Shown here: in pieces, positions 1-9,331 of the stretch
Layout of the letters: each line of letters opens with the position of its first letter
Numbering within the stretch: position 1 is the stretch's first letter
Origin: an uncultured Candidatus Poseidoniales archaeon
GTDB lineage: Archaea; Thermoplasmatota; Poseidoniia; Poseidoniales; Thalassarchaeaceae
NCBI GenBank assembly: GCA_902625325.1
Contig: CACOAW010000003.1
Location: 19,097-83,096 of the forward strand
Direction of reading: 5' to 3'
DNA: 64,000 nucleotides
The notes under the pieces: model-generated
The model's database searches: none
What the model was told of the DNA's origin: nothing
What the model saw: the letters and a program-made list of their open reading frames with translations, nothing else
Program-made: the position numbers and the translations under genes

Positions 1-856
1 GATGGTGAGCTACAGGCTTCCCGAATGCGACTCGCTCATGAGCATAATTTAGTGCAGCCTCAAATGCTCCTTGGGCTATTCCGAGTGCCTGTGCGGCTAT
101 CCCAATTCTCGAGTTATCTAGTGCGTTCATGGCTATGGGAAAGCCCTCCCCTACCCCCTTAAGCACATTCTCGATAGGCACTCTGCAGTCCTTCAGAATC
201 AACGAGCATGTGTCACTAGAGCGTATTCCCAGCTTATCCTCCTTCTTTCCTACTGTGAATCCATGGAACGACTTCTCGACAATGAATGCCGTAGTTCCAC
301 CATGCTTCTTGTCTCCAAATTCGGGGTGATCTACGTCCTTGGCGAAAAGAACGTAAATGTCGGCGCTATCACCGTTCGTCACCCACATCTTCTCCCCGTT
401 GAGGATGTAGTGACTACCGTCTTCACTGATCTTTGCCCTACACCCCAAGGCCGCCGCGTCCGTCCCAGCACCTGCCTCTGAGAGGGAATAAGCACCAATC
501 TCATTTCCTGCAAGTCTTGGAAGGTACTGTTTTTTCTGCTCCTCATTCCCATGCAGGGCGATCGTCATTGAACAAAGTCCGACGTGGACGCAGTACATCA
601 CTGAGAAAGAGGGATCAACTCTGGCCAACTCTTCTACGATTATTGACTCAGATACTGAATCCACTTGGTTTCCGCCGTATTCGTCCGGAATCGTTACTCC
701 CTGGAGTCCAGTAGCGTTGCAGAATTCCAACCACTCCCTCAGAGGTGCTCGCTGCTCTCGGTCACGTTCCAAGCACGTGGGTGCCAATGTTTCCTCGGCG
801 AACCCCCTTACCATCTCTCGAATCATGTTTTGCTCTTCTGTCTCGATGAAGTCCAT
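1..856 (-). CDS. acyl-CoA dehydrogenase (N-terminal ~285 aa; the gene's 3' end lies beyond the left window edge)
   Basis: Absent from the ORF track because it runs off the edge. My translation of the minus strand from ATG 856..854 gives MDFIETEEQNMIREMVRGFAEE...AYSLSEAGAGTDAAAL...NGEKMWVTNG...LGIRSSDTCSLILKDCRVP...ALDNSRIGIAAQALGIAQGAFE, the typical ACAD domain motifs. The + strand ORFs at 129..965 are its shadows. Confidence 0.85.
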   Translation of the reverse strand, partial: MDFIETEEQNMIREMVRGFAEETLAPTCLERDREQRAPLREWLEFCNATGLQGVTIPDEYGGNQVDSVSESIIVEELARVDPSFSVMYCVHVGLCSMTIALHGNEEQKKQYLPRLAGNEIGAYSLSEAGAGTDAAALGCRAKISEDGSHYILNGEKMWVTNGDSADIYVLFAKDVDHPEFGDKKHGGTTAFIVEKSFHGFTVGKKEDKLGIRSSDTCSLILKDCRVPIENVLKGVGEGFPIAMNALDNSRIGIAAQALGIAQGAFEAALNYAHERVAFGKPVAHH

Positions 857-965
857 GCTATCAGGGACTCGGAGTAAGAGGATATTGTTAATCTCTCTGA
901 GAAGAGGAATTCTTTCTCAATCGAATAGTTCAAATCAGGAACTGCCGCGCCGGCGGACGATATAG

Positions 966-1469
966 ATGAGTAGCGGCGATTACTTTGAATTCAGCATTGC
1001 CCATGACAGGAAATATACTCTGGACCATTTATGGGTCCAAGTTCTCGATGATGATGAGGAAGATATGACAGTCAAGCTGGGGATTAGCGAGTTCATAAGG
1101 GCCGAATACGGGGATATTCTGCGTGTTGTACTATCAAAACCAGAGGACGATAGTGAATTCCAGGTTGACACGGACGAAGGAGAATCGCAAAATGATGATG
1201 ACGCTCCTGCTGCACCTATTTCCAGGGGGGACGAGCTAGATACGGATGATTTGATCATTACAATCAGGACTGTAGAGGACAGAGTCCTGATTAATGCCCC
1301 ATTTCCGTGCAAGATAGTGGAACTTAACGGAGATGTCGAGGACAATTCCGATCTCGTCAACGAGGATGCTTACCAAGACGGATGGTGCATGATAGTTCGA
1401 CCTCACGAATGGGACGAAGATATGTACCTCGACGAATCAGAGTACATAGAGTACCTGAACGAGATTTGA
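966..1469 (+). CDS. glycine-cleavage H-protein-fold protein with an acidic insert; lipoyl-lysine not conserved
   Basis: KYTLDHLWV, LGISEF..YGDI and APFPCKIVELNGDV..LVNEDAYQDGW match GcvH blocks. The ESVKA lipoylation block reads RTVED. Confidence 0.7.
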   Translation: MSSGDYFEFSIAHDRKYTLDHLWVQVLDDDEEDMTVKLGISEFIRAEYGDILRVVLSKPEDDSEFQVDTDEGESQNDDDAPAAPISRGDELDTDDLIITIRTVEDRVLINAPFPCKIVELNGDVEDNSDLVNEDAYQDGWCMIVRPHEWDEDMYLDESEYIEYLNEI

Positions 1470-2747
1470 CTAGGGCCAGGAAAGTCCTTGCCACTCTTCA
1501 AAGTCAGAATTTTTCCAATCAAACTTCGCCAAAAGTTCGACTACCTCCTCTTCGCTAGCCAAGTCCCTCTCAACCTGAATTCTGTGCAACCAATCCTTCA
1601 GTCTGCCAAGCCTTTTTCCGCCCTCTAGTCCAGTTATCTCTGAGATTCGAGACCCATCAATAAGAGGCCCAGAACCCGCCTTCAGATCGGAATTTTTTTC
1701 TAATTCAGCCTCGAAATCCTCCGTGTAAGCCCCCAATCCCCGCTTGTAGTCTAGAATCTGAGATTTCTGTGTATCGGACATGGTGGCTGAGAATCTTCTT
1801 ACACTCTCTACAGAGGGGTCGAGGTCTATCTTTCTGCATTCATGTAGGTCCGACAACGCAGAACTCTCTTTCCTTGACAGCCTCAAAAGAGATGCAATTC
1901 TATCTGACATTTCGGCCCCATCGGACACTTCATCTCTGCAGATTAGTGCTAGATTTACGATATAATCGTCCGAGGGCCTGGCATTCGTTGTTATCGAGAT
2001 TCCAGGAAGAATCTCCTCGAATATTCCGTGTTCTACCATGGACTCAACTATCCGCATCGAATTTGAACAGGCAAGGATTCTTTGAAGCTCATTCCAAATC
2101 CTCTCTTTAGAAACCTTGCTTAGCATCTGGAGATTGGACGATATTGCGGCACTCAATTCCGGATCAAACTCTCTAAGGCCTCCTTCTCCTAAGTCCAAGA
2201 ATCTGAATGCCCTAACTATCCTCAAACCATCTTCTCCGATTCTCTCTTCTGCTTTACCCACGGTCCTGAGGAGTCCGGATTCAAGGTCTTTTACTCCTCT
2301 CCCACCTAGGTCAATCAGTTTTCCAGATGGGTATTCTTCACCCACTAGTCCTTTCATCGGCTCTATCGCCATCGCATTGATTGTGAAATCCCTCCTCGCA
2401 AGGTCCTCTGCGATGTCGTTCCCGAAGGTTACGTTATCTGGCCTCCTCCCGTCAGTGTAACCTCCATCCTTCCTGAGAGTGGTCACCTCGCACTGGAAAT
2501 CCTTGCCCTTTGAGTCCTCCACGCGCACTAAGACAGTGCCAAACTCCTCTCCCACCATGATCGACTTTGGAAACGCTCTCTTAATATCTGAAGGAACTAA
2601 ATTTGTAGCCAAATCCAAGTCTTCACTATCTTTCCCAGATATCCTATCTCTGACCCAGCCGCCAACTATCCATACGTCCCCCTCTGTTCCAAGCCTGTCG
2701 AGGACTATTCTTGCCCCCTCGCAAAGGTCACCTAAGTCAACATCCAA
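1470..2747 (-). CDS. cca: class II tRNA nucleotidyltransferase (CCA-adding enzyme / poly(A) polymerase family)
   Basis: Head-domain motifs VGGWVRDRISGKDSEDLDLAT, RRDFTINAMA and EDGLRIVRAFRF. Confidence 0.8.
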   Translation of the reverse strand: MDVDLGDLCEGARIVLDRLGTEGDVWIVGGWVRDRISGKDSEDLDLATNLVPSDIKRAFPKSIMVGEEFGTVLVRVEDSKGKDFQCEVTTLRKDGGYTDGRRPDNVTFGNDIAEDLARRDFTINAMAIEPMKGLVGEEYPSGKLIDLGGRGVKDLESGLLRTVGKAEERIGEDGLRIVRAFRFLDLGEGGLREFDPELSAAISSNLQMLSKVSKERIWNELQRILACSNSMRIVESMVEHGIFEEILPGISITTNARPSDDYIVNLALICRDEVSDGAEMSDRIASLLRLSRKESSALSDLHECRKIDLDPSVESVRRFSATMSDTQKSQILDYKRGLGAYTEDFEAELEKNSDLKAGSGPLIDGSRISEITGLEGGKRLGRLKDWLHRIQVERDLASEEEVVELLAKFDWKNSDFEEWQGLSWP

Positions 2748-2808
2748 GTTCTAACCCCAAATCTCCCAACAGGAGCAGATATATTGAATCACGGCTCGTG
2801 GCGAAGTC

Positions 2809-3222
2809 ATGCAGGTCGATTTGGTCCCCATGGAAATACTTCTCCCTCATGAACTGACAATACCCAAGAAGGTCGATGAATTAGAAAAAATGACACATCG
2901 CTGGAAGGCCTACGTCCTGCCATTAGTCGTAGACAGGAATACGGGCGTAATCCTAGATGGCCACCATCGTCACCAGGTGGCATTGCGAATTGGCCTGAAA
3001 TGCCTTCCATGCGTTTTGGTCGACTATCAGGGAGATGGCTCAATCGAGTTAGACGTATGGCCAAATTGTGGTAGAGATTCAGTAACTAAGGAAGAGGTAG
3101 TTCAAGCAGGACTTACTGCAGAGCTCTTCGATCCAAAGACTAGCCGACATAGACTACCTGACCACCTTCCGCCAATCTCAGTTTCTCTGGATAGGCTTCT
3201 TCTACCCGCAGTAGAAGAATAG
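2809..3222 (+). CDS. ParB/sulfiredoxin-fold (ParB-like nuclease domain) protein
   Basis: Core motif VILDGHHRHQVALRIG (DGHHR). Small stand-alone domain of 137 aa. Confidence 0.5.
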   Translation: MQVDLVPMEILLPHELTIPKKVDELEKMTHRWKAYVLPLVVDRNTGVILDGHHRHQVALRIGLKCLPCVLVDYQGDGSIELDVWPNCGRDSVTKEEVVQAGLTAELFDPKTSRHRLPDHLPPISVSLDRLLLPAVEE

Positions 3223-3231
3223 AACTCCATG

Positions 3232-4218
3232 TTAGGGTATCAGATCCTCATGACCGCCAGCGAAATCGGAGCTCTCTTCGGGAGAACCGGGGCTGGCAAG
3301 GTCTATGGAAAGAAACTCACTAAATATTGGCCACAATGGCCCCAACCACTCAATTTCCGACATCAGGAGGTCAACTACTGGGTGTTCCAATACCTCCTCT
3401 TCAGAAGACTCCTCGTCGACATATGGGAGATCCGGTGGCATCTCTCGTAATGCCAGAATGAGATTCCTAACTCTGGTGCAAGTGCTCTCTTCAATCTCGA
3501 TCATTCCGCCAACCAGATCGAATGCATCCTCGATGTGGTTGGCTATGGAAATAGGATCAAGCGGACTGGTTTCAGACTCTCCAACATCCATCGGTCCGAA
3601 AACTACCCCTCCTAGATCGGTTTCAAACCAATCACCGTCCTGCTTTTCCATCTTCAATAGCCTCTGGTGGACGGGTCCGCCGAAAGGACCTAGTACGAAA
3701 CCACCATCTAACACTAACTCCCCGATGGGATCCGGAATCTCTCTTACTGAGCCAGTGATCATGACCCTTTCGAAGCCTCCACAAAGATGCTCTATTTCAC
3801 CGACGTCATTTGGTCGCAGAACCCTGATCGTTCCAGAACATTGGTGACTCGCTAGCCTATCTTCGGTGTGTGACCTGACCTCTTCGTGGGGCTCAAGGAT
3901 GGTCACTGTTCCTTCCTCCCCCACCATCCTATCTATTATTGCAGCGAGGTATCCTCCTTTAGAACCAATTAGCATGATGTCTTGTCCCTTATTTATCTCA
4001 AGATGATGGAGGAGAGTCGCTATCATGTGAGGTGCTGAGATCGTTCTAGTTGCCCCAAAACCAGTGAATAGGAAGGGTATCGGCCTATCGTGCCAGAAAC
4101 CCTCCAAATCATGATCTGTGAAATGTCCTGGATCGATATCAATCATGGCAGATTTAGTCAAATCGTCTATTGGTATTCCTGCAGCCTCGAGCCTCTCAAC
4201 CAACTCAGTCATGGACAC
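3232..4218 (-). CDS. pcm: protein-L-isoaspartate O-methyltransferase family protein with ~100-aa acidic C-terminal extension
   Basis: TISAPHMIATLLHHLEI..GQDIMLIGSKGGYLAAIIDRMVGEEGTVTILE matches the PIMT pre-motif and SAM-binding motif region. Confidence 0.7.
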   Translation of the reverse strand: MSMTELVERLEAAGIPIDDLTKSAMIDIDPGHFTDHDLEGFWHDRPIPFLFTGFGATRTISAPHMIATLLHHLEINKGQDIMLIGSKGGYLAAIIDRMVGEEGTVTILEPHEEVRSHTEDRLASHQCSGTIRVLRPNDVGEIEHLCGGFERVMITGSVREIPDPIGELVLDGGFVLGPFGGPVHQRLLKMEKQDGDWFETDLGGVVFGPMDVGESETSPLDPISIANHIEDAFDLVGGMIEIEESTCTRVRNLILALREMPPDLPYVDEESSEEEVLEHPVVDLLMSEIEWLGPLWPIFSEFLSIDLASPGSPEESSDFAGGHEDLIP

Positions 4219-4286
4219 TCAGAACCCCCCTCAGTCAGTGATAACCACCATAGAGGATTTGAATGCATTGCTCTTCGGACCTCCCG

Positions 4287-4362
4287 GGGTCCGTGGTCTA
4301 GGGGTTATGACGTCGCTCTTACAAAGCGAAGATCGCAGGTTCAATTCCTGCCGGACCCACCA
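4287..4362 (+). tRNA. tRNA-Val (anticodon UAC), 73 nt plus encoded CCA
   Basis: Hand-folded cloverleaf: acceptor GGGTCCG/CGGACCC, anticodon stem TCGCT/AGCGA with loop CTTACAA, T arm GCAGG-TTCAATT-CCTGC, discriminator A then CCA (4360..4362). Confidence 0.9.
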
Positions 4363-4423
4363 ATAATCATCGATAGGGTGGGTAGGCTACGTCTCCAAAT
4401 TAACAGAAAAAGGTCAATAGTGT

Positions 4424-5131
4424 GTGCAGAGACAGAATTACGTGGTCGAAGAGGCTGCTGCCCTCGCTTCTAGGTTGAAGCACCGTCTAATTAAGAAGGA
4501 CTGGACAATTTCCACCGCGGAATCTTGCACAGGAGGACTGATTTCATCACTGCTTACCGACATTTCCGGAGCCAGTGCTTGGTTCAAGCAAGGTTGGATT
4601 GTGTACTCCAACGAGTCAAAAATGAGGGAATTGGGCGTAGAAAGCTCCGCCTTTGATGAGGGCGGTCATGGGGCAGTCTCTCACAAGGTTGCAGTTCAAA
4701 TGGCCCGTGGGGCACGTTACAAGTCTGGATCAAACATCTCTATTGCAGTGACAGGAATCGCCGGTCCTAACGGGTCTTCCAAAGATAAGGAAGTCGGAAG
4801 AGTTCACGTTGCAGTAATTGCCGAGGACTACTTCTTGGTCAGAAGGATGGATTTCGGAGACAACGATCGTCTCGATAACAAGCGCTCATTCGCTTCTTTC
4901 GCCCTGAGATTGGCCTTGGAGGCTATTGATAGGCTAGATGATGGTTCAAAGAAGGAGACCTCGCTAAGTAGTGATCCCGTGGGAGTCAACATGGAAGGAG
5001 ACCCTGGGGATCAGTCAGTATTGGGTACGGACGAATGGGAAGGGGGGATTTCATGGGGCTCTGAGAAGAAAACTGTCTCTCAATCCCTGAAGAAGATAGA
5101 TCTTGCATCACTAATCGATTGGGACGAGTAA
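4424..5131 (+). CDS. CinA C-terminal domain / nicotinamide-nucleotide amidohydrolase (PncC-like) with C-terminal extension
   Basis: TISTAESCTGGLISSLLTDISGASAWFKQGWIVYSNESKMRELGV and ISIAVTGIAGP match CinA_C motifs. GTG start. Confidence 0.75.
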   Translation: MQRQNYVVEEAAALASRLKHRLIKKDWTISTAESCTGGLISSLLTDISGASAWFKQGWIVYSNESKMRELGVESSAFDEGGHGAVSHKVAVQMARGARYKSGSNISIAVTGIAGPNGSSKDKEVGRVHVAVIAEDYFLVRRMDFGDNDRLDNKRSFASFALRLALEAIDRLDDGSKKETSLSSDPVGVNMEGDPGDQSVLGTDEWEGGISWGSEKKTVSQSLKKIDLASLIDWDE

Positions 5132-5181
5132 TTCATCTGGGAGAATCCCGTTGACAGATACCATCAAGGGCGTTCACATAT

Positions 5182-6810
5182 GTGGTCCATCGTATGCGCT
5201 CGCCGAGTTGGGAAGCTATGCACAACCAACTTTCCTCTGCGGGGTTAATCGTTCAGACCAGTGCAGTGGAGAAGCTGAAAAAACTACAGAATGTCATCCC
5301 TCTGATAGAAGCCGCTAATTCATCAGGTGTAAGGCTACTAAATGGAGCGACAGTAGATGAGTTGCTGGCCATCTCTTCATCACCGACAGAGTCTCCCGAT
5401 GAAACTCAAAAATCCCTCTCTCAGACGACTTTACCTAGGCCCGAGCAAGATAGCCCTCATGGGAGGGTCCTAGCCCCCATTCTTCCCACCTCAGACAAAA
5501 TAATCCCCCGTCCCAGATCGTCTTCAGGATTCAAAAGCTCCGACTTCCCTATGGAAGCAAGAGAAGTTGACTCGGATATCGAGATTCATTTCGATATAAC
5601 CGGGCAGTCTTCTACTGAGGGGAGAATTTCAGATATGCAGTCATGCTTCAAGAGTAGACTTGCGCAGATAAGAAGCATGATGATTTCTCATGGAGTTCTT
5701 CCAAGAAGGCCTATCAGCAACTCCGAAGCATGGAGGAATCGCCGCAGGCTAACAAATAAGGAATCAGAATTCACAATCATTGGGCTATCGAGTGATGTAA
5801 GATGGACTAAGAATGGTTGGATGAGTTTCGTTTTGGAGGATGAGACTACACAAATTAGGTGCATGATTAAACCACCTTCTGATGCCTCTCCCTTACATCC
5901 ATCTCTAGATGGACTGATGGATGACGAGATAGTTGGAGTTAGTGGCAATTTCTCTTCCGGTGAGAGAGAGCCCATATTGTGGGTTCAGAACATACACAAA
6001 CCTCCTTTAGGACAGCATTCCAAATCCCAAGCAGGGGTGGAGTCGGCCGTTTCCGCAGCATTCCTGTCCGACGTACATCTGGGAAGCAAGACTTTCCTCG
6101 CACCTCAGTGGGAGAAGATGGTTCGATGGTTCAAGAACGATCCTCTGGCTAAGACCGTCAAATACTTCGTTCTCACAGGCGATGGAGTAGATGGGGTAGG
6201 AATTTACCCCGGCCAGGAGAGGCATCTAGCCATCACCGACTTATTCAATCAATACGGGGAGCTGGCAAGGATGCTAGAAGATATACCCGAATGGGTGGAT
6301 GTTGTGATGCTCCCCGGAAACCATGACGCCGTCCGACCAGCAGAGCCCCAACCAGCCCTAGATCCGGAGGTACAACAGGACTATTCGAATACTACATTTG
6401 TCGGAAATCCCTGCGACTTCAGCCTACATGGCGTCAGGATACTTTCCTACCACGGAAAGAGCATTGACGATTTCGTAGCCACGCTTCGATCAGTCACCTA
6501 TTCCAAACCGGAGATGGCCATGCGTGCCATGCTTGAGAGGAGGCACCTCGCTCCCTCTTGGGGCGGCAAAACGCCGCTTTCTCCTGAGCCAGAGGATAGG
6601 ATGGTTATTCCAGTCGTTCCGGATATTTTCGTGACCGGGCACGTGCATGGGCATTTTGTCGGGGATCACAAGGGCACACTAATGGTGCACAGCTCCACTT
6701 GGCAGGATCAGACAGATTTCCAGAGAATGTTGGGATTCCAACCAAAGCCATGTATTCTCACTGTGGTTAACCTACATACTTTCGCGACGGAATCAATCGA
6801 TTTCATTTAG
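5182..6810 (+). CDS. DNA polymerase II (PolD) small subunit DP1
   Basis: Calcineurin-type phosphoesterase motifs FLSDVHLGS, TGDGVDG, LPGNHDA and GHVHG follow an OB-like region. The start is uncertain: GTG 5182, or ATG 5194 or 5218. Confidence 0.85.
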   Translation: MVHRMRSPSWEAMHNQLSSAGLIVQTSAVEKLKKLQNVIPLIEAANSSGVRLLNGATVDELLAISSSPTESPDETQKSLSQTTLPRPEQDSPHGRVLAPILPTSDKIIPRPRSSSGFKSSDFPMEAREVDSDIEIHFDITGQSSTEGRISDMQSCFKSRLAQIRSMMISHGVLPRRPISNSEAWRNRRRLTNKESEFTIIGLSSDVRWTKNGWMSFVLEDETTQIRCMIKPPSDASPLHPSLDGLMDDEIVGVSGNFSSGEREPILWVQNIHKPPLGQHSKSQAGVESAVSAAFLSDVHLGSKTFLAPQWEKMVRWFKNDPLAKTVKYFVLTGDGVDGVGIYPGQERHLAITDLFNQYGELARMLEDIPEWVDVVMLPGNHDAVRPAEPQPALDPEVQQDYSNTTFVGNPCDFSLHGVRILSYHGKSIDDFVATLRSVTYSKPEMAMRAMLERRHLAPSWGGKTPLSPEPEDRMVIPVVPDIFVTGHVHGHFVGDHKGTLMVHSSTWQDQTDFQRMLGFQPKPCILTVVNLHTFATESIDFI

Positions 6811-7497
6811 CTACGGGATTTCCTCACCAGGGAAAATTAACGGCCATATCAGGCTCAAGTCCTTCTCTTCAACCACAGGGACGCCAGCCTCCATGAAAGC
6901 CTCCAGTGCCCTCTCTCTCCTTGGATTGAATCCAATGAATTTGGATCCCTCGATCTTCATTGACAAGTCAGTGCTGGAATCCCCCACAGAGACAATTTGT
7001 GATGGCTCGAACCCGTTTATTCTTGCTAGTTTTTCGACCATAATCCCCTTATCGTGAGTTAGAACCCTGGTTGGGAGGCCACCCAATAGCCACCCTTCGT
7101 CATCCCATTCGAAACCGTTTGCAACCCAGTCGTCAACCTTCAGCATATTTGCGATAGAACCTACGAAGACGTCCACTCCAGAGGAAACAATCGCCACAAA
7201 AACCCCTCTCTTCTTCAGGTTCTCGACAACCTTTCTGGCACCCTCAATTAGCCCCACTCCGCTGTAGCAACGCATGATGTCATCCCTATGTATCTCTGGA
7301 CGAACCTCTCTCCACAGTTTGATATCGTGAGCAACAAACTCCTCCTCTGAGATTTTACCATCCAAGAACTTCTCCAGAGCCTCCTGATGTTCCCCCCCAT
7401 CATCTTCTCCGGTTCCGAAGTTTCTGTGAATCATTTGCCAAGAGGAGCCATTGTCAGATAGCACTCCATCACAATCGAAAACTACCGCTCTAACCAT
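6811..7497 (-). CDS. HAD-superfamily hydrolase, phosphoserine-phosphatase-like subfamily
   Basis: HAD motifs VVFDCDGVL, VAIVSSG and VGDSSTDLSM. Confidence 0.65.
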   Translation of the reverse strand: MVRAVVFDCDGVLSDNGSSWQMIHRNFGTGEDDGGEHQEALEKFLDGKISEEEFVAHDIKLWREVRPEIHRDDIMRCYSGVGLIEGARKVVENLKKRGVFVAIVSSGVDVFVGSIANMLKVDDWVANGFEWDDEGWLLGGLPTRVLTHDKGIMVEKLARINGFEPSQIVSVGDSSTDLSMKIEGSKFIGFNPRRERALEAFMEAGVPVVEEKDLSLIWPLIFPGEEIP

Positions 7498-7570
7498 TGG
7501 TATGCTGTTATCCGGAGACGGCTAATAATTGGGTAGGTGAGTTGATTTGCTCGGAACACTCCCCTTTATC

Positions 7571-7837
7571 ATGGAGGATGCGCAAAACTATGACAGAGCG
7601 ATCAAGGTAACCATGCTCATGTTCGGACCACTGGCAGAGAAGATGGGGACTAGAGAGATAGAAGTCAATATGCCAGACGGAACAACACTAATCCAATTGG
7701 CAGAACGATTCGAATTAGAGGGAATGCTGGATTCCGGAATGAGAGTGGCAATCGATGGGATTGTCGAGCCGAATACATCTCGGGAGCTCCATGACTCGGC
7801 TGAAGTTGCCTTCCTCCCTCCAGTTTCAGGCGGTTGA
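7571..7837 (+). CDS. MoaD/ThiS-fold small ubiquitin-like protein (SAMP-like) ending in Gly-Gly
   Basis: About 88 aa with FGPLAEKMG...VAIDG...FLPPVSGG and a C-terminal GG. ATG 7571 is preferred over the TTG at 7547. Confidence 0.65.
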   Translation: MEDAQNYDRAIKVTMLMFGPLAEKMGTREIEVNMPDGTTLIQLAERFELEGMLDSGMRVAIDGIVEPNTSRELHDSAEVAFLPPVSGG

Positions 7838-7892
7838 AGGGAAACGATGCCAAAACATTTGAACAAAGCCCTTCACACAAGGTATTGATAGC

Positions 7893-8099
7893 ATGGCAAT
7901 AGGGTCTACAGAAATCGTCATCCTGGTGGTGTTCGGGATACTAATTTTTGGAGCAAACAAGATACCGCAATTGGCTAGGGGGGTTGGAAGGGCCAAGGGC
8001 GAATTCCATATGGGAATGAAGGAAGCGTCCGAGATGGCAGCTATAGGGGACATGGACCGAGGGGGGATGACCGAAGACATCGCCTCCGAGCAAGAGTGA
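7893..8099 (+). CDS. tatA: twin-arginine translocase subunit TatA/E
   Basis: N-terminal TM helix plus amphipathic helix: IVILVVFGILIFGANKIPQLARGVGRAKGEF. Confidence 0.8.
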   Translation: MAIGSTEIVILVVFGILIFGANKIPQLARGVGRAKGEFHMGMKEASEMAAIGDMDRGGMTEDIASEQE

Positions 8100-8600
8100 C
8101 TAAATCTTCCTGAACCTCAATTCTGATCCGCATTCCTCGCATTCTCCAGGACCCTCTCCGGCGAACCTTGTTCTCCCTCTACCGGAAGTCACTTTCCCAC
8201 ATCCTCTGCATTTAAGCTCCCATTTCCAGGTCTCTGAGATTCCAACTGTCTCCACGGGAGACCACTTAATCCCAGCCGAACTACAGACATTCTGTATCCT
8301 GTAATCATCAGTGTACAAGCGCCCCTTAATATCGATAACTAGGGCAATAAGTGAAAGGTCAGTTTCTGAGAGGCCGTCCAAGTCACCAGTATCTAGGGAA
8401 ATCTTCGTTGCCTGATTTATGGATTCTATTGTCGGGCTCTTCCAAATGAGATTCGCTGCTTCAAGAGACAACATCCGCTCGGGAGAAACCCTACTCAGCT
8501 CCAACCTCTGATTTTCCACGACATACCCCCCATCAAGTAACTCGATAGGCCAATTGATCAGGGCGGTCGTGTCCAGGACATTCGCTACAACCATGGTCAT
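8100..8600 (-). CDS. PIN-domain protein with C-terminal zinc ribbon (Nob1-like endonuclease)
   Basis: VLDTTALIN (PIN N-terminal acidic motif) and C-terminal CRGCGK...CEECGSEL. An internal ATG (8600) is preferred because the 8687 start leaves no divergent spacer. Confidence 0.55.
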   Translation of the reverse strand: MTMVVANVLDTTALINWPIELLDGGYVVENQRLELSRVSPERMLSLEAANLIWKSPTIESINQATKISLDTGDLDGLSETDLSLIALVIDIKGRLYTDDYRIQNVCSSAGIKWSPVETVGISETWKWELKCRGCGKVTSGRGRTRFAGEGPGECEECGSELRFRKI

Positions 8601-8690
8601 GCGTCGTGATTCACCAATTAGAGTTGTATTATCCCATTTGAGTCTGTAGTCGAAAGTAATGGTTATGCAGAAGCCCTGTGGCGACAAACC

Positions 8691-9299
8691 GTGCTTGAAC
8701 AGATAACGTCGTCTGTGATTGATTGGGGTAGTAACTTCGGATTGGTCGGGCTTGCCCTAGTTTCTTTCACGGAATCTGTAATCCAACCAGTTCCTCCAGA
8801 TTTACTAGTCATTCCAATGTCTCTGGAGGCAGCCAGTACCCTAGAACTCCTCGCGATATTCCTTGTCGTCACCATTTTCAGTGTTCTGGGCTCGCTGGGA
8901 GGGTATGCGATCGGACTTTATGCAGGAAGACCGATTATTGGTAAATTCGCCAGACCTTCGTTATCCAGGAGACTGGATGAGATATTGGTCAGATACGGGG
9001 ATGCGGGAGTTTTCGTCGCTGCTGTTTCTCCAATTCCTTACAAACTTCTTGCATGGACTGCAGGTGCAGGAAGGATGGATATCAGGCCATTCGTATTGGC
9101 TGGGGTATTTGGGAGAGGCATAAGGTTCGGCCTACAGGTCCTACTCATCGGTGTGTGGGGTGATGAATTTATGGATCACCTGGACAAACCCCTCTTCTGG
9201 ATACTAGTCTGCGTGTTTTCTTTTGCAGCATTCATTCCTCTCAACAAATGGTGGAGGGGTCTGGACAACAAATCGGTCACCCACTTGCAACAGAACTGA
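8691..9299 (+). CDS. DedA/YqaA-family (SNARE-associated) membrane protein
   Basis: Multi-TM protein. FTESVIQPVPPDLLVIPM is the typical family motif. GTG start. Confidence 0.6.
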   Translation: MLEQITSSVIDWGSNFGLVGLALVSFTESVIQPVPPDLLVIPMSLEAASTLELLAIFLVVTIFSVLGSLGGYAIGLYAGRPIIGKFARPSLSRRLDEILVRYGDAGVFVAAVSPIPYKLLAWTAGAGRMDIRPFVLAGVFGRGIRFGLQVLLIGVWGDEFMDHLDKPLFWILVCVFSFAAFIPLNKWWRGLDNKSVTHLQQN

Positions 9300-9331
9300 T
9301 TATGAGAAAGTAGCAACTCGGGATATATGCC

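Noticed and set aside
129-965. Five overlapping + strand ORFs of 66-93 aa at the left edge
   Set aside because: They lie antisense to, or out of frame with, a clearly recognisable minus-strand acyl-CoA dehydrogenase (1..856). Their sequences are low-complexity (Ser/Pro/Arg-rich) and carry no motifs.
3305-3847. 180-aa + strand ORF
   Set aside because: It is antisense to the PIMT-family gene, whose SAM-binding motifs are clear, and it has no motifs of its own.
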